Assembly (NCBI GenBank): GCA_022646745.1
Contig: CP060262.1
Span: forward strand, 660,001-692,000
From: Planctomycetales bacterium
GTDB taxonomy: Bacteria; 4484-113; JAFGCY01
Direction of reading: 5' to 3'
DNA length: 32,000 nt
Positions 14,720-22,760 of the stretch are shown here, in pieces; positions within the stretch are counted from its first letter, which is position 1, and each line of letters opens with the position of its first letter. The notes under the pieces are model-generated. The model worked only from the letters and a program-made list of their open reading frames with translations. It did no database searches and was not told where the DNA came from. The translations under genes were made by a program, and so were the position numbers.

Positions 14720-16826
14720 ATTCAATGAACGTGATCGCATGCCCCGTCCGGCCGGCACGTCCCGTGCGTCCGATGCGGTGGATGTAGTCGTCATAGGTCT
14801 GCGGCAGCTCGAAGTTGATCACGTGACTGACGTCGTCAATGTCCAGCCCGCGTGCCGCCACATCCGTCGCCACCAGCGCCTGGATGCTGCCTTCCTTGAA
14901 GCGCTTGAGCGCCAGCTGGCGGGCATTGTGGCTCTTGTTGCCATGGATCGCGTCCGTTTCCAGGCCCTCGCGGTTGAGCATGTTGCTCAGCTTGTTCATG
15001 CCGTGCTTCGTGCGGCCAAACACCAGAACACGCGTCATCTCCGGCTGGCCCAGCAGATCCACGAGCATCTCGAAGCGCTTGCGTCCGGCCATGCTGATCA
15101 CTTCCTGCTGCACGTTGGCAGCGGTCTTGTGGCGCACCACGCTGACCGTCACCGGGTCATGCAGGAACTCACCGATCAGGGAGCGGATCTCCTCAGACAT
15201 CGTCGCCGAGAAGAACAGGGTCTGGCGCTGGCGCGGCAGCCTGCCGATCAAGAAGCGCATGTCACGGATGAAGCCCATGTCCAGCATACGGTCGGCCTCA
15301 TCCAGCACCACGTTGTTGAAGCGGTCCAGGGAGAGCTCACCACGCTTGATGAAGTCGATCAGGCGGCCCGGGGTAGCGATGATGAAGCGGTTGTCAGCCC
15401 GCAGGCTCTTGAGTTGCGCACCCTCGCCCACACCGCCGACGATCACCGTTGAGCGCATGCCGAGCCCGATCGTGAAGCTCTGCAGCTCCTCCTCGATCTG
15501 GATGGCCAGCTCGCGGGTCGGTGCCAGCACAAGCGCGTACTGTGACTTGTCAGCCAGCATCCGGTCGATCAGCGGCAGCAGGAAGGCTGCCGTCTTGCCG
15601 GTTCCGGTGTTGGCCAGCCCGACCACGTCGCGGCCTTCCTTGACCGGCGGGATGGCAACATCCTGGATCGGTGTCGGGGCCTCGTAGCCGCGCTTCTCCA
15701 CATTGGCCAGCAGCCTGGCTGACAGGCCGAAATCGCTGAACATGTGGGTCGGCTCGAAGATGTCCTCGATCTCATGCACAACGGGGTTGTCACGGATGAA
15801 GGCGATGATGTCCAGCTCGAGCTTCTCCTCCTTGGCCCGGCTGCGGCGGTTGGCGACGCGGCCCTGGCTGCTGTCATCACTGCGCTCGGGACGAGTGCGC
15901 ATGGCAGGGCGGCGGACTTCAGGCGGATTGCCGGCAGCCGCGCTGCGGCGGCGGCCCCTGCTTCCATCCTGCTGTCGCTCCGACGCCTGAGCCGCGGGTG
16001 CTCCCGCCTGCTCAGGCCCGGTTTGCCCCGGCCCCTGGCGGTCCTCCCCCCGCGTGCCGCCCTCACTGGAGCGGCCCCGGCCCCGCCGGCCACGGCTGCG
16101 GCGGCGGCGGTTGCCATCGTCAAGGCCCTCACGGCCCAGTTCGTTCCTGTCGATGAAGCGCGGCGCGGGCTGCTGCTCGCGGTCCACGAAACGCGGCGCG
16201 GGATGCTCGTCCACATAGTCACCGCCGCGCTCATTACGCTGGCGCGGTCCGCGATCCCCGCGTGGAGGACGCTGCTCACGGGCCGGACGGTCCTGGCGCG
16301 GCTGGCGCTCGTTACGGCCACTGCCCTGGGCATCCCGGCGCTGGCCACCACGGGCCGGACGCTCCGGCTGGTCTATCCGGTTGCCATAGTCATCCGGCAA
16401 CATCCGCTCCTCAGGTGGCAGGCGGTTGCCGAGATGCTCAGGCTTGCGTGTCTGGCCAGCACGGCCGCGGCCGCGGCCCCGGCCCATCCCCGGCTTGCGC
16501 GCACCGTTGCCGAATTCGACATGTTCCGGGCGCGGTTGCGACTCGTATACGGGGGCATCGCCTCCACGGCGGTTGCCATCCTGCTGCGGCTCACGGCGCT
16601 CGCCGTAGCCACTGTGGCGGCGGTTGCCATCGCGCTGTGGCCCGGCACCCCGTCCGCTGCGCCCGCTGCTGCCATTGCCACCACGGCTCCGGCCGCCCTC
16701 GCGGGATGAATCGTTTCCGCTGGAATTGCCATAGCGGTCCCCGCCCTGGCCCTGCGTGTCATTGCGGCGGTTGCGTCCGCCGCCTGTGCGGGAGCTAGAT
16801 GTGCGCCCGCGCGGTACATATGTCAT
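14718..16826 (-). CDS. DEAD-box ATP-dependent RNA helicase with a ~330-aa Arg/Gly/Asp/Glu-rich N-terminal extension
   Basis: Q motif (GYEAPTPIQ), ANTGTGKT, PTRELA, TPGRL, DEAD, SAT, ATDVAARGLD and HRIGRTGRAG are all present. The protein ends about 10 aa after motif VI. Confidence 0.95.
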   Translation of the reverse strand: MTYVPRGRTSSSRTGGGRNRRNDTQGQGGDRYGNSSGNDSSREGGRSRGGNGSSGRSGRGAGPQRDGNRRHSGYGERREPQQDGNRRGGDAPVYESQPRPEHVEFGNGARKPGMGRGRGRGRAGQTRKPEHLGNRLPPEERMLPDDYGNRIDQPERPARGGQRRDAQGSGRNERQPRQDRPAREQRPPRGDRGPRQRNERGGDYVDEHPAPRFVDREQQPAPRFIDRNELGREGLDDGNRRRRSRGRRGRGRSSEGGTRGEDRQGPGQTGPEQAGAPAAQASERQQDGSRGRRRSAAAGNPPEVRRPAMRTRPERSDDSSQGRVANRRSRAKEEKLELDIIAFIRDNPVVHEIEDIFEPTHMFSDFGLSARLLANVEKRGYEAPTPIQDVAIPPVKEGRDVVGLANTGTGKTAAFLLPLIDRMLADKSQYALVLAPTRELAIQIEEELQSFTIGLGMRSTVIVGGVGEGAQLKSLRADNRFIIATPGRLIDFIKRGELSLDRFNNVVLDEADRMLDMGFIRDMRFLIGRLPRQRQTLFFSATMSEEIRSLIGEFLHDPVTVSVVRHKTAANVQQEVISMAGRKRFEMLVDLLGQPEMTRVLVFGRTKHGMNKLSNMLNREGLETDAIHGNKSHNARQLALKRFKEGSIQALVATDVAARGLDIDDVSHVINFELPQTYDDYIHRIGRTGRAGRTGHAITFIE

Positions 16827-16986
16827 AGGGTAATCACAGTCCCTTGATGATTGAAAATACCGTCCCCCTGTCGCCCGCCTGTCACTTATGCCTCAACTGG
16901 TATGCCAGGAGGCCGGCGTCGGCTGCAGTAATGGTGATATCAGTTCTGCTCACGCGGAGTGCGGAGCCTGTATATCGGGACAATGC

Positions 16987-17017
16987 AGTATACCACGTCC
17001 ACCCCGATACTTGTCTA
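16987..17017 (-). promoter_or_regulatory. candidate extended -10 promoter for the DEAD-box helicase
   Basis: The minus strand reads TAGACA (17017-17012), a 19-nt spacer, then TGG-TATACT (16995-16987). This implies a 5' UTR of about 150 nt before the ATG at 16826. Confidence 0.4.
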
Positions 17018-17057
17018 TTACCCCGTATAAATCTATACAAATGTTTCAATAATCGAT

Positions 17058-17777
17058 TCAGGGCATTTCCATCCTGCCATTTCGCAGGTTACGGACGATC
17101 CAATCACTCTGGGGTAATCCGCAAGCCTCTACAACCGATAGTTCGCCGGCCAGGTCATACTCAACCCTCCTGATCTCAGCTGATCCGTCCTGCACAAGCA
17201 GCCAGCTGGCGCGGTGGTCACCGTCAAACGGCATCCCGACGCTGCCACTGTTGGCCACCGTGAAGCCTCCGACCCGCCTGATGAACGGGACATGCACATG
17301 CCCGTAGACGACCAGATCTCTGCCCAGGCAAGCATATTGAGCCAGCAGTTCTTCGTCTTCGGCCTCATGTGCCGGTGAGCGCCAGCAATCTTCCGGCCCC
17401 GCATGCACTAGAGCCAGACGATCTGCAAGGCATGTAAGCGGCTGGGAAGCCAGCCAATCTAGGCGCTCTGTCCCAAGCCGCTGTGCGGTTGCTTCCGCCA
17501 GCTGCCTTATCGCCGGCAGCACATGGGCGAATCCGGGAACAGCCTGAGCGAATTCATCCATTGACGGAGGCCGCGTGAGCATTTCATCCGCGTTGCCAAA
17601 CACACCTTCTATGCCGAGCCCCCGTATCAGGTCAACACACTCAGCGGGACGTGCCCCACTGAAAGCCAGGTCACCGCCATGCAGTACCAGATCGGGGCTG
17701 TGGGCATCGATTTCCGCGAGTACTGCCTCAAGTGCCGTCAGGTTGCCGTGCACATCTGAGAAGATGGCAATCCGCAT
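17058..17777 (-). CDS. metallophosphoesterase (calcineurin-like, YfcE/MJ0936-like)
   Basis: MRIAIFSDVHGN, HGGDL, FGNADE and YGHVHVPF motifs. It starts 6 nt after the methyltransferase stop. Confidence 0.85.
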   Translation of the reverse strand: MRIAIFSDVHGNLTALEAVLAEIDAHSPDLVLHGGDLAFSGARPAECVDLIRGLGIEGVFGNADEMLTRPPSMDEFAQAVPGFAHVLPAIRQLAEATAQRLGTERLDWLASQPLTCLADRLALVHAGPEDCWRSPAHEAEDEELLAQYACLGRDLVVYGHVHVPFIRRVGGFTVANSGSVGMPFDGDHRASWLLVQDGSAEIRRVEYDLAGELSVVEACGLPQSDWIVRNLRNGRMEMP

Positions 17778-17782
17778 TCGCG

Positions 17783-18568
17783 TCAGCCCTCCTTCACCGC
17801 CACGATGTACAGGCGTTTGCTGTCCATCGAGAAGGGTTCGGCGTCAATATTGCCGTAGCTGGCCTCGACCCTGAACCCGGCCTGCTCCAAGAGCAGGCTC
17901 AGCTCGCGGTAGCTGTACATCCGCAGTGAGCTGTGGTGTGTGCTGACGATGAACTCGCGCATGTCCGGCTCCTCGCCGCTGTGCAGCAGGTCAGCCACGT
18001 CCACCAGCAGGGTCAGTTCATCCGGCGGCTGCTCCACATCCTCCGGGGCATTGACGAGCGTCACCTTGCCCTCGATCCGTCCCAGCTCGAAATTGAAGCG
18101 CCGCTGCTCCAGCACCAGCGTGTTTCCGACAGTGACCCAGCTCTTCTCACGGAAACGCGGCAGCAGGGTTTCGAGGCACATCGTGTCGATCAGCAGCCTG
18201 CCCCCTGGCTTCAGCGTATCCGCGATCGACTGCAGCAGCACCAGGTTCTGCTCGTCGTCAAAGTAGCCGAAACTGCCCTGCCAGCAGATCGCCGCATCAA
18301 ACTCAGCCTGCCATGGCAGCTCGCGCATGTCCCGCAGGCGATAGTCCACGCTGGCCTCATACTTCGCCGCCATCGCCTTCGCCTCTTCAAGCAAGGGGGC
18401 GCAGAGGTCCACGCCGGTGCTTCGGATGCCGCGCAGGGCCAGTTCGAGCGTGATCCGGCCGTTGCCGCAGGGCACGTCGAGCATTGCCATCCCGCGCCTG
18501 AGACCGGTCACCCGGGTGATGAAGTCCGCCTCGTGCCGGTTATCCTCGAGGCTATGTGCCAGGCGCAT
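17783..18568 (-). CDS. class I SAM-dependent methyltransferase (first ATG shown; the true start is probably upstream, see finding)
   Basis: Motif I MLDVPCGNGRITLELALRG. Acidic post-I DxxxxML. The in-frame upstream sequence still encodes a family-typical WWQYFFTGAYLDV N-terminus. Confidence 0.85.
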   Translation of the reverse strand: MRLAHSLEDNRHEADFITRVTGLRRGMAMLDVPCGNGRITLELALRGIRSTGVDLCAPLLEEAKAMAAKYEASVDYRLRDMRELPWQAEFDAAICWQGSFGYFDDEQNLVLLQSIADTLKPGGRLLIDTMCLETLLPRFREKSWVTVGNTLVLEQRRFNFELGRIEGKVTLVNAPEDVEQPPDELTLLVDVADLLHSGEEPDMREFIVSTHHSSLRMYSYRELSLLLEQAGFRVEASYGNIDAEPFSMDSKRLYIVAVKEG

Positions 18569-18618
18569 TACGTCAAGGTATGCGCCGGTGAAGAAGTACT
18601 GCCACCACTGCCTGCCGC

Positions 18619-18993
18619 TTATGCTGAATCCACACCTCCGGTTTCAATCGGGTAGCCTGCCCGTACCCAGGCCAGCATCCCGCCGCGCAGGTTGACCGCG
18701 CGCCTGAAACCCGCATTGAGCATCAGGGCCGCGGCATATCCACTGCGGTTGCCACTGCGGCAGACCAGCAGGTAGTCCTTCTGCGGATCCAGGTGCAGCA
18801 TGCGCCGCTGGAACTCCCCGCCGGTTATGTCAAGCTTCAGGCAGCCCGCGATATGCGCTTCCTCAATCTCGCCTGCCGTGCGCACGTCCAGCAGCACGAA
18901 GTCACTGTCAGTACCGTGCTCCGCGATGTACTGCTTCGCCCCGGTCGCGTCAATCTCGGGCACTGCGCCCTGTCCGAAGATTCCTGCGGCCAT
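18619..18993 (-). CDS. single-domain rhodanese (sulfurtransferase)
   Basis: Active-site loop CRSGNRS within LVCRSGNRSGYAAALMLNAGF...LRGGMLAW. AGGAGG lies 10 nt upstream of the ATG at 18993. Confidence 0.85.
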   Translation of the reverse strand: MAAGIFGQGAVPEIDATGAKQYIAEHGTDSDFVLLDVRTAGEIEEAHIAGCLKLDITGGEFQRRMLHLDPQKDYLLVCRSGNRSGYAAALMLNAGFRRAVNLRGGMLAWVRAGYPIETGGVDSA

Positions 18994-19116
18994 TGACTGT
19001 CTGCCTCCTGGTCTTTAACTCGCCAACGATTCTACCCGAACAGAACAGGCGCAGGGAATAACTCGTCATGGTGCGCGGTATCAGATAGTGCAGGTACTGC
19101 CGTGTACGCGGCGAGT

Positions 19117-19122
19117 TATAAT
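19117..19122 (+). promoter_or_regulatory. candidate -10 box (TATAAT) for the YtxH-like gene
   Basis: TATAAT sits about 32 nt upstream of the ATG at 19154, in an AT-richer spacer. No convincing -35. Confidence 0.3.
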
Positions 19123-19153
19123 CTGTTCGGACTTGAACTGGAGGTGGAATCAT

Positions 19154-19534
19154 ATGAGCAAGAATGACGACAGGGGTATGGCAATGCTGATCGCAGGCTT
19201 CGGCCTCGGTACTCTGGTGGGCACCGTGATCGGCCTGCTGGTGGCCCCCAAGGCGGGCCGTGAGCTCCGCAGCGACATCGCGGAGTACAGCAAGGATTAC
19301 TACGACAAGGCGAAGGACTACTCCCGCGACGCGATCGAGGCCGGCAAGCACAAGGCCAGCGACATATACGAAAGCGGCAAGGAACGTGCGCAGGCTGCCT
19401 ACGACTCCGGCAAGGAGCGTGCCAAGGAATACAGCGCGCGTGTCGGTGAGAAGATCGGCCAGGTCAAGAGCCAGATCTCAGACCGCATGCACAGCAGTGG
19501 CAACAGTGACGGCGAGGACGTCAGCCCGGCCTAG
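19154..19534 (+). CDS. YtxH-like membrane-anchored stress protein
   Basis: GGAGGTGG RBS at 19139-19146. An N-terminal TM helix plus LLVAPKAGRELR is typical of the YtxH family. The remainder is a Lys/Asp/Glu-rich helical region. Confidence 0.75.
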   Translation: MSKNDDRGMAMLIAGFGLGTLVGTVIGLLVAPKAGRELRSDIAEYSKDYYDKAKDYSRDAIEAGKHKASDIYESGKERAQAAYDSGKERAKEYSARVGEKIGQVKSQISDRMHSSGNSDGEDVSPA

Positions 19535-19558
19535 GCATCTGCATAAAACCGAAATGAG

Positions 19559-19598
19559 AAAGGGGCGTCCTGCGGGGCGCCCCTTTAATCTTTTCTTT
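19559..19598 (+). terminator. strong Rho-independent terminator after the YtxH-like gene
   Basis: AAAGGGGCGTCC (19559-19570), loop TGCG, GGGGCGCCCCTTT (12-bp stem including one G-U pair), followed by TTTAATCTTTTCTTT. Confidence 0.85.
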
Positions 19599-19689
19599 GC
19601 CGGAATTGTTTACCGGGATTAGACCGCCGCTTGTCGCAATGAATTGCCTTTCTCCTTACAATTTCATGCATGGAGAGGCTGGTAACAAA

Positions 19690-20202
19690 ATGAGTGACGA
19701 CATGAACTGCAAGCAGCAGGTGGTGGAACTGCAGCGCGAAGTGAAGCAGCTGAAACGGCAGTTACGGGAATGCCAGGGCCTGCCTGACCGGGAAGAATCT
19801 ATCGATGACCTGCTGGTGATGGGCACACCGTTTGAGGAGCGCAAGCGCATCGCGGTGATCATCGATGACAGCAAACTGATCCATATCCGCTACAAATCCA
19901 TCATCGAAGGCAATGGCATCACGGTTGTCGCAATGAGCCAGGATGGCACCTTCGGCGCCGACCTCGTGCTGACACATATACCGCGCCTGGTGGTGCTGGA
20001 CTACAACATGCCAGGTGCCAATGGGGGTGAAGTCGCACGCATGATCCGCGAGGCTGACAACCAGGTGAAGATCATCGTGATCAGCGGATACCTGGACGCC
20101 GACCGCATCGGCCTGCTGAAGAGCGCTGGAGTTGACGAGATCCTCGTCAAGCCGATCAACGAACAGAAGTTCAGCGACGCCGTCCGCAGGCTTGAAATCT
20201 GA
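19690..20202 (+). CDS. single-domain response regulator (receiver only) with an N-terminal coiled-coil leader
   Basis: Receiver hallmarks IAVIIDDS, VVLDYNMPGANG (phospho-acceptor Asp), IIVISG and ILVKP. Start chosen at ATG 19690 (GGAGAGG 11 nt upstream). ATG 19666 or TTG 19597 are possible alternatives. Confidence 0.82.
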   Translation: MSDDMNCKQQVVELQREVKQLKRQLRECQGLPDREESIDDLLVMGTPFEERKRIAVIIDDSKLIHIRYKSIIEGNGITVVAMSQDGTFGADLVLTHIPRLVVLDYNMPGANGGEVARMIREADNQVKIIVISGYLDADRIGLLKSAGVDEILVKPINEQKFSDAVRRLEI

Positions 20203-20310
20203 GCCGGCGCATCGGCTATCGTAAACCGCAAAGCAATCATTGGAGTTGAAATATGGCGTTCGCGCATGCGCGCATGCAATGACGAAGGGGAAATGGGAAG
20301 GGCGCTAAAG

Positions 20311-20383
20311 TGGCGAGGGACGGACTCGAACCGCCGACACGGGGATTTTCAGTCCCCTGCTCTACCAACTGAGCTACCTCGCC
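20311..20383 (-). tRNA. tRNA-Phe (anticodon GAA)
   Basis: The reverse complement is GGCGAGGTAGCTCAGTTGGTAGAGCAGGGGACTGAAAATCCCCGTGTCGGCGGTTCGAGTCCGTCCCTCGCCA. It folds into a cloverleaf with a 7-bp acceptor stem, anticodon loop CTGAAAA and a TTCGAGT T-loop. CCA is not encoded. Confidence 0.95.
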
Positions 20384-20397
20384 GGAAAAGGGAAAAA

Positions 20398-20474
20398 TGG
20401 CGGGGGCGACGAGACTCGAACTCGCGACCTCCTGCGTGACAGGCAGGCATCCTAGACCACTAGACCACGCCCCC
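20398..20474 (-). tRNA. tRNA-Asp (anticodon GTC)
   Basis: The reverse complement is GGGGGCGTGGTCTAGTGGTCTAGGATGCCTGCCTGTCACGCAGGAGGTCGCGAGTTCGAGTCTCGTCGCCCCCGCCA. Anticodon loop CTGTCAC, discriminator G, and an encoded CCA. Confidence 0.93.
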
Positions 20475-20507
20475 GCAGCCTAGCCCCGGTGGTACCGAGG
20501 GAAAGGG

Positions 20508-20513
20508 ATTATA
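20508..20513 (-). promoter_or_regulatory. candidate -10 box (TATAAT) for the tRNA-Asp/tRNA-Phe transcript
   Basis: The minus strand reads GGCTATAATCCC, about 33 nt upstream of the tRNA-Asp 5' end. The -35 is weak (TGGTAA at 17 nt). Confidence 0.4.
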
Positions 20514-20596
20514 GCCGAGAAGATGCATTTTTACCAGTGGAAACACCACAATTTTCCCCACCGAATCTTCGCCTTCGGTGAGTCCTTCCTCGCTGC

Positions 20597-21082
20597 CTAG
20601 AGACCAATGATCCGTAACCTGCCTTCATAGGCCTCAGGCTCCCGGTTTGTGATGCTGAGCAGCCGTTCCCTGAAGCTGTGCGCAATGTCATTGATTTCCA
20701 CCAGCATGCCGGCCAGCTGCCTGATGTTTTCCGTTTCAGCGGCACAGCTTTCCGCACTGTTCTCCTGCAGTTCCAGGAATTCATCACGCAACTTAGCGAG
20801 CTCCCCATGGCACTGCTCCAGCTGCCGGTTGATCGCGCACAGCCTGATGGTGGTATTGCTGTCATGCTGCTGCTGCAGGCTGTCAAACATGTCGCTGAGC
20901 TTGTCCACGCTGCCACTGTGGCGGTAGCGGGCCTTGTAGCGCTCAGCCGCCTCTACCACCGGCTCTCCCTTGGCTGCACGGTTGATCAGGTCCACCAGGT
21001 CCTTCGTGCGCTCATCCTCCAACCAGCCGATCAGCTCGCCAAGGTCATCGCCCTGCTGTTTTTTGTCCTGCTCGCCTGCCAT
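20597..21082 (-). CDS. hypothetical coiled-coil protein
   Basis: ATG at 21082 is preceded by GAGGTGAGGAA. High GC3 coding pattern. Heptad-like Leu/Glu/Gln-rich sequence. No family recognised. The opposite-strand ORF (20678-21262) lacks an RBS. Confidence 0.6.
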   Translation of the reverse strand: MAGEQDKKQQGDDLGELIGWLEDERTKDLVDLINRAAKGEPVVEAAERYKARYRHSGSVDKLSDMFDSLQQQHDSNTTIRLCAINRQLEQCHGELAKLRDEFLELQENSAESCAAETENIRQLAGMLVEINDIAHSFRERLLSITNREPEAYEGRLRIIGL

Positions 21083-21118
21083 TTCCTCACCTCAGAAGCG
21101 CATATTGGTATACAGATA

Positions 21119-21124
21119 ATTATA
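21119..21124 (-). promoter_or_regulatory. candidate -10 box (TATAAT) for the 161-aa gene
   Basis: The minus strand reads ATATCTATAATTATC, about 37 nt upstream of the ATG at 21082. The -35 is poor. Confidence 0.35.
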
Positions 21125-21244
21125 GATATTCCCATACACTTCTGTATGAAGCACTGGCACAATGGCGGTGAACCCTGTGTGAAGCTGCAGCGATTGCCAT
21201 TGACTGGCCGTGTCAATTCAGGCACATATGCTGTGCTGATCGAC

Positions 21245-21250
21245 TATAAT
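21245..21250 (+). promoter_or_regulatory. candidate -10 box (TATAAT) giving a (near-)leaderless deacetylase mRNA
   Basis: TATAAT ends 8 nt before the ATG at 21259. There is no SD sequence between them. Confidence 0.35.
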
Positions 21251-21258
21251 CAAGGTCC

Positions 21259-22731
21259 ATGAGACTATGTGGACCGCTACTGCTTGGCCTGCTGCTGCTC
21301 AGCCTCCCGGCCTGGGCCCAGGTGGAAAGGAATTCCTCGGACCTCAACAGCCGCCAGCGCGCAGCTGGATCCAGCCACCGTGGCGGTTGGATCACGCCGG
21401 ACCATGATGAGGAGGAGCAGCAGTCCGTTCCAGCATGGAACTACCGCCAGGAGCAAGCCGTGCGGCGCGTGTTCCGTTCGATCACTACGGACGGCCAGGA
21501 TGCACTGGCCCAGTTCAGCAAGCCTGCCATGCCCGAGTCGGGTGGCCGCCAGACCATCGTGGCCCAGACCATCCCGCAGAAGCCTGAGCCTGCAAAGCCG
21601 AGCTTCCGCCTGAAGCGTGATGCTGAAGCCACCGCAGAATTCCCCGAGTTCGTCGAGGAAACTGACGCTACGTCCAATGACGACGACACGGTCAACCAGG
21701 CCATCGTGGAGTCCACTGAGCTACTTGATGCGGAACTGCTGGATGAACCGACTGCTGCTGAACCGGCCGAGGAAGAAGTCGAGGAGACTCCCGCGGCGCC
21801 AGCTCCGAATGAAGACTCTCCCTCCTTCCGCATCCGCCGCGACATGGATGGCAGCCGCCATGCGGATTCCGAGTTCGACTTCCCCGCGGATGATGAGTTA
21901 AAGTCTGATGCGGATAGTGCCCCGGAACTGTTCCTGGATCCTGATCAACCCGAGGCAATCACAGAGGATGCCGCAAGGATCGACAGGGGTTTCATCCCAG
22001 ATACCGCTGAGCCGAAAACAGCCCAGCTGAAGCCGGCAAGCGGCAGCCTGTCACGCACAAGCGGCGTGCAGGCCCCGCTGGCCCTGCCTGACAATCCCGG
22101 CCGGATTGCCGACTACAAGATCCGCTCGGACATCTCGAAGATCACCCGGGGCAACAGCAAGCTGAAACAGGTCGCGCTGACCTTTGACGACGGCCCGCAC
22201 CCGGAGTACACCGGCCAGATCCTGACGATCCTTGAGTACTACAACTGCCCGGCGACCTTCTTCTTCGTCGGCGTACAGGCCAACAAGTACCCGCAGTGGG
22301 TGCAGATGGCGCACCAGCAGGGGCATGAGATCGCCAGCCAGACCTACGACCACTTCCGCCTGCCGAAGCTGCCCAAAGGCGAGAAGGAATACCAGATCGA
22401 TGCCTACCAGGACCTGATCGAGGACCTGACCGGTGAGCGCCCGCGTTTCCTGCGCCCGCCGGGGGGCCAGATTGACGACGCCAGCATCGAGCTCCTGAAG
22501 CAGCGCGGGATGGTCTGTGCGATGTGGGACGTGGCGCTGAATGACACGCATGGCGACAAGACGAAGCAGGAGCTGCTGGACCATACGCTCGACAGCGTGA
22601 AGAATGGCAGCGTGATCCTGGCCCATGACGGTGTGCAGGCCACAATTGACATGCTGCCGGAACTGATCGAGCGCCTGCGTGAGGAAGGCTACGAACTGGT
22701 GACGATGAGCGAACTGGCCAGCAAGCTCTGA
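21259..22731 (+). CDS. secreted polysaccharide deacetylase (CE4/NodB domain) with a long acidic disordered N-terminal region
   Basis: Signal peptide MRLCGPLLLGLLLLSLPAWAQ. About 290 aa of low-complexity sequence. NodB motifs VALTFDDGP, GHEIASQTYDH, RFLRPPGG and VILAHD. Confidence 0.85.
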   Translation: MRLCGPLLLGLLLLSLPAWAQVERNSSDLNSRQRAAGSSHRGGWITPDHDEEEQQSVPAWNYRQEQAVRRVFRSITTDGQDALAQFSKPAMPESGGRQTIVAQTIPQKPEPAKPSFRLKRDAEATAEFPEFVEETDATSNDDDTVNQAIVESTELLDAELLDEPTAAEPAEEEVEETPAAPAPNEDSPSFRIRRDMDGSRHADSEFDFPADDELKSDADSAPELFLDPDQPEAITEDAARIDRGFIPDTAEPKTAQLKPASGSLSRTSGVQAPLALPDNPGRIADYKIRSDISKITRGNSKLKQVALTFDDGPHPEYTGQILTILEYYNCPATFFFVGVQANKYPQWVQMAHQQGHEIASQTYDHFRLPKLPKGEKEYQIDAYQDLIEDLTGERPRFLRPPGGQIDDASIELLKQRGMVCAMWDVALNDTHGDKTKQELLDHTLDSVKNGSVILAHDGVQATIDMLPELIERLREEGYELVTMSELASKL

Positions 22732-22760
22732 TCAGCCTCCCTGGCTTCCGCTGCTGCTTC

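Noticed and set aside
20264-20277. A perfect 14-nt palindrome, GCATGCGCGCATGC (tandem GCGCATGC units), between the response regulator gene and tRNA-Phe
   Set aside because: It is short and GC-rich with no flanking U-tract on either strand. It could be a minor terminator or processing hairpin, or a restriction-type palindrome. That is too little evidence to call a feature.
19597-21258. Possible tRNA-associated genomic island around the tRNA-Phe/tRNA-Asp pair
   Set aside because: The flanks show no integrase, recombinase or transposase. I found no direct repeat of either tRNA 3' end nearby. The flanking genes (response regulator, coiled-coil protein) have host-like composition.
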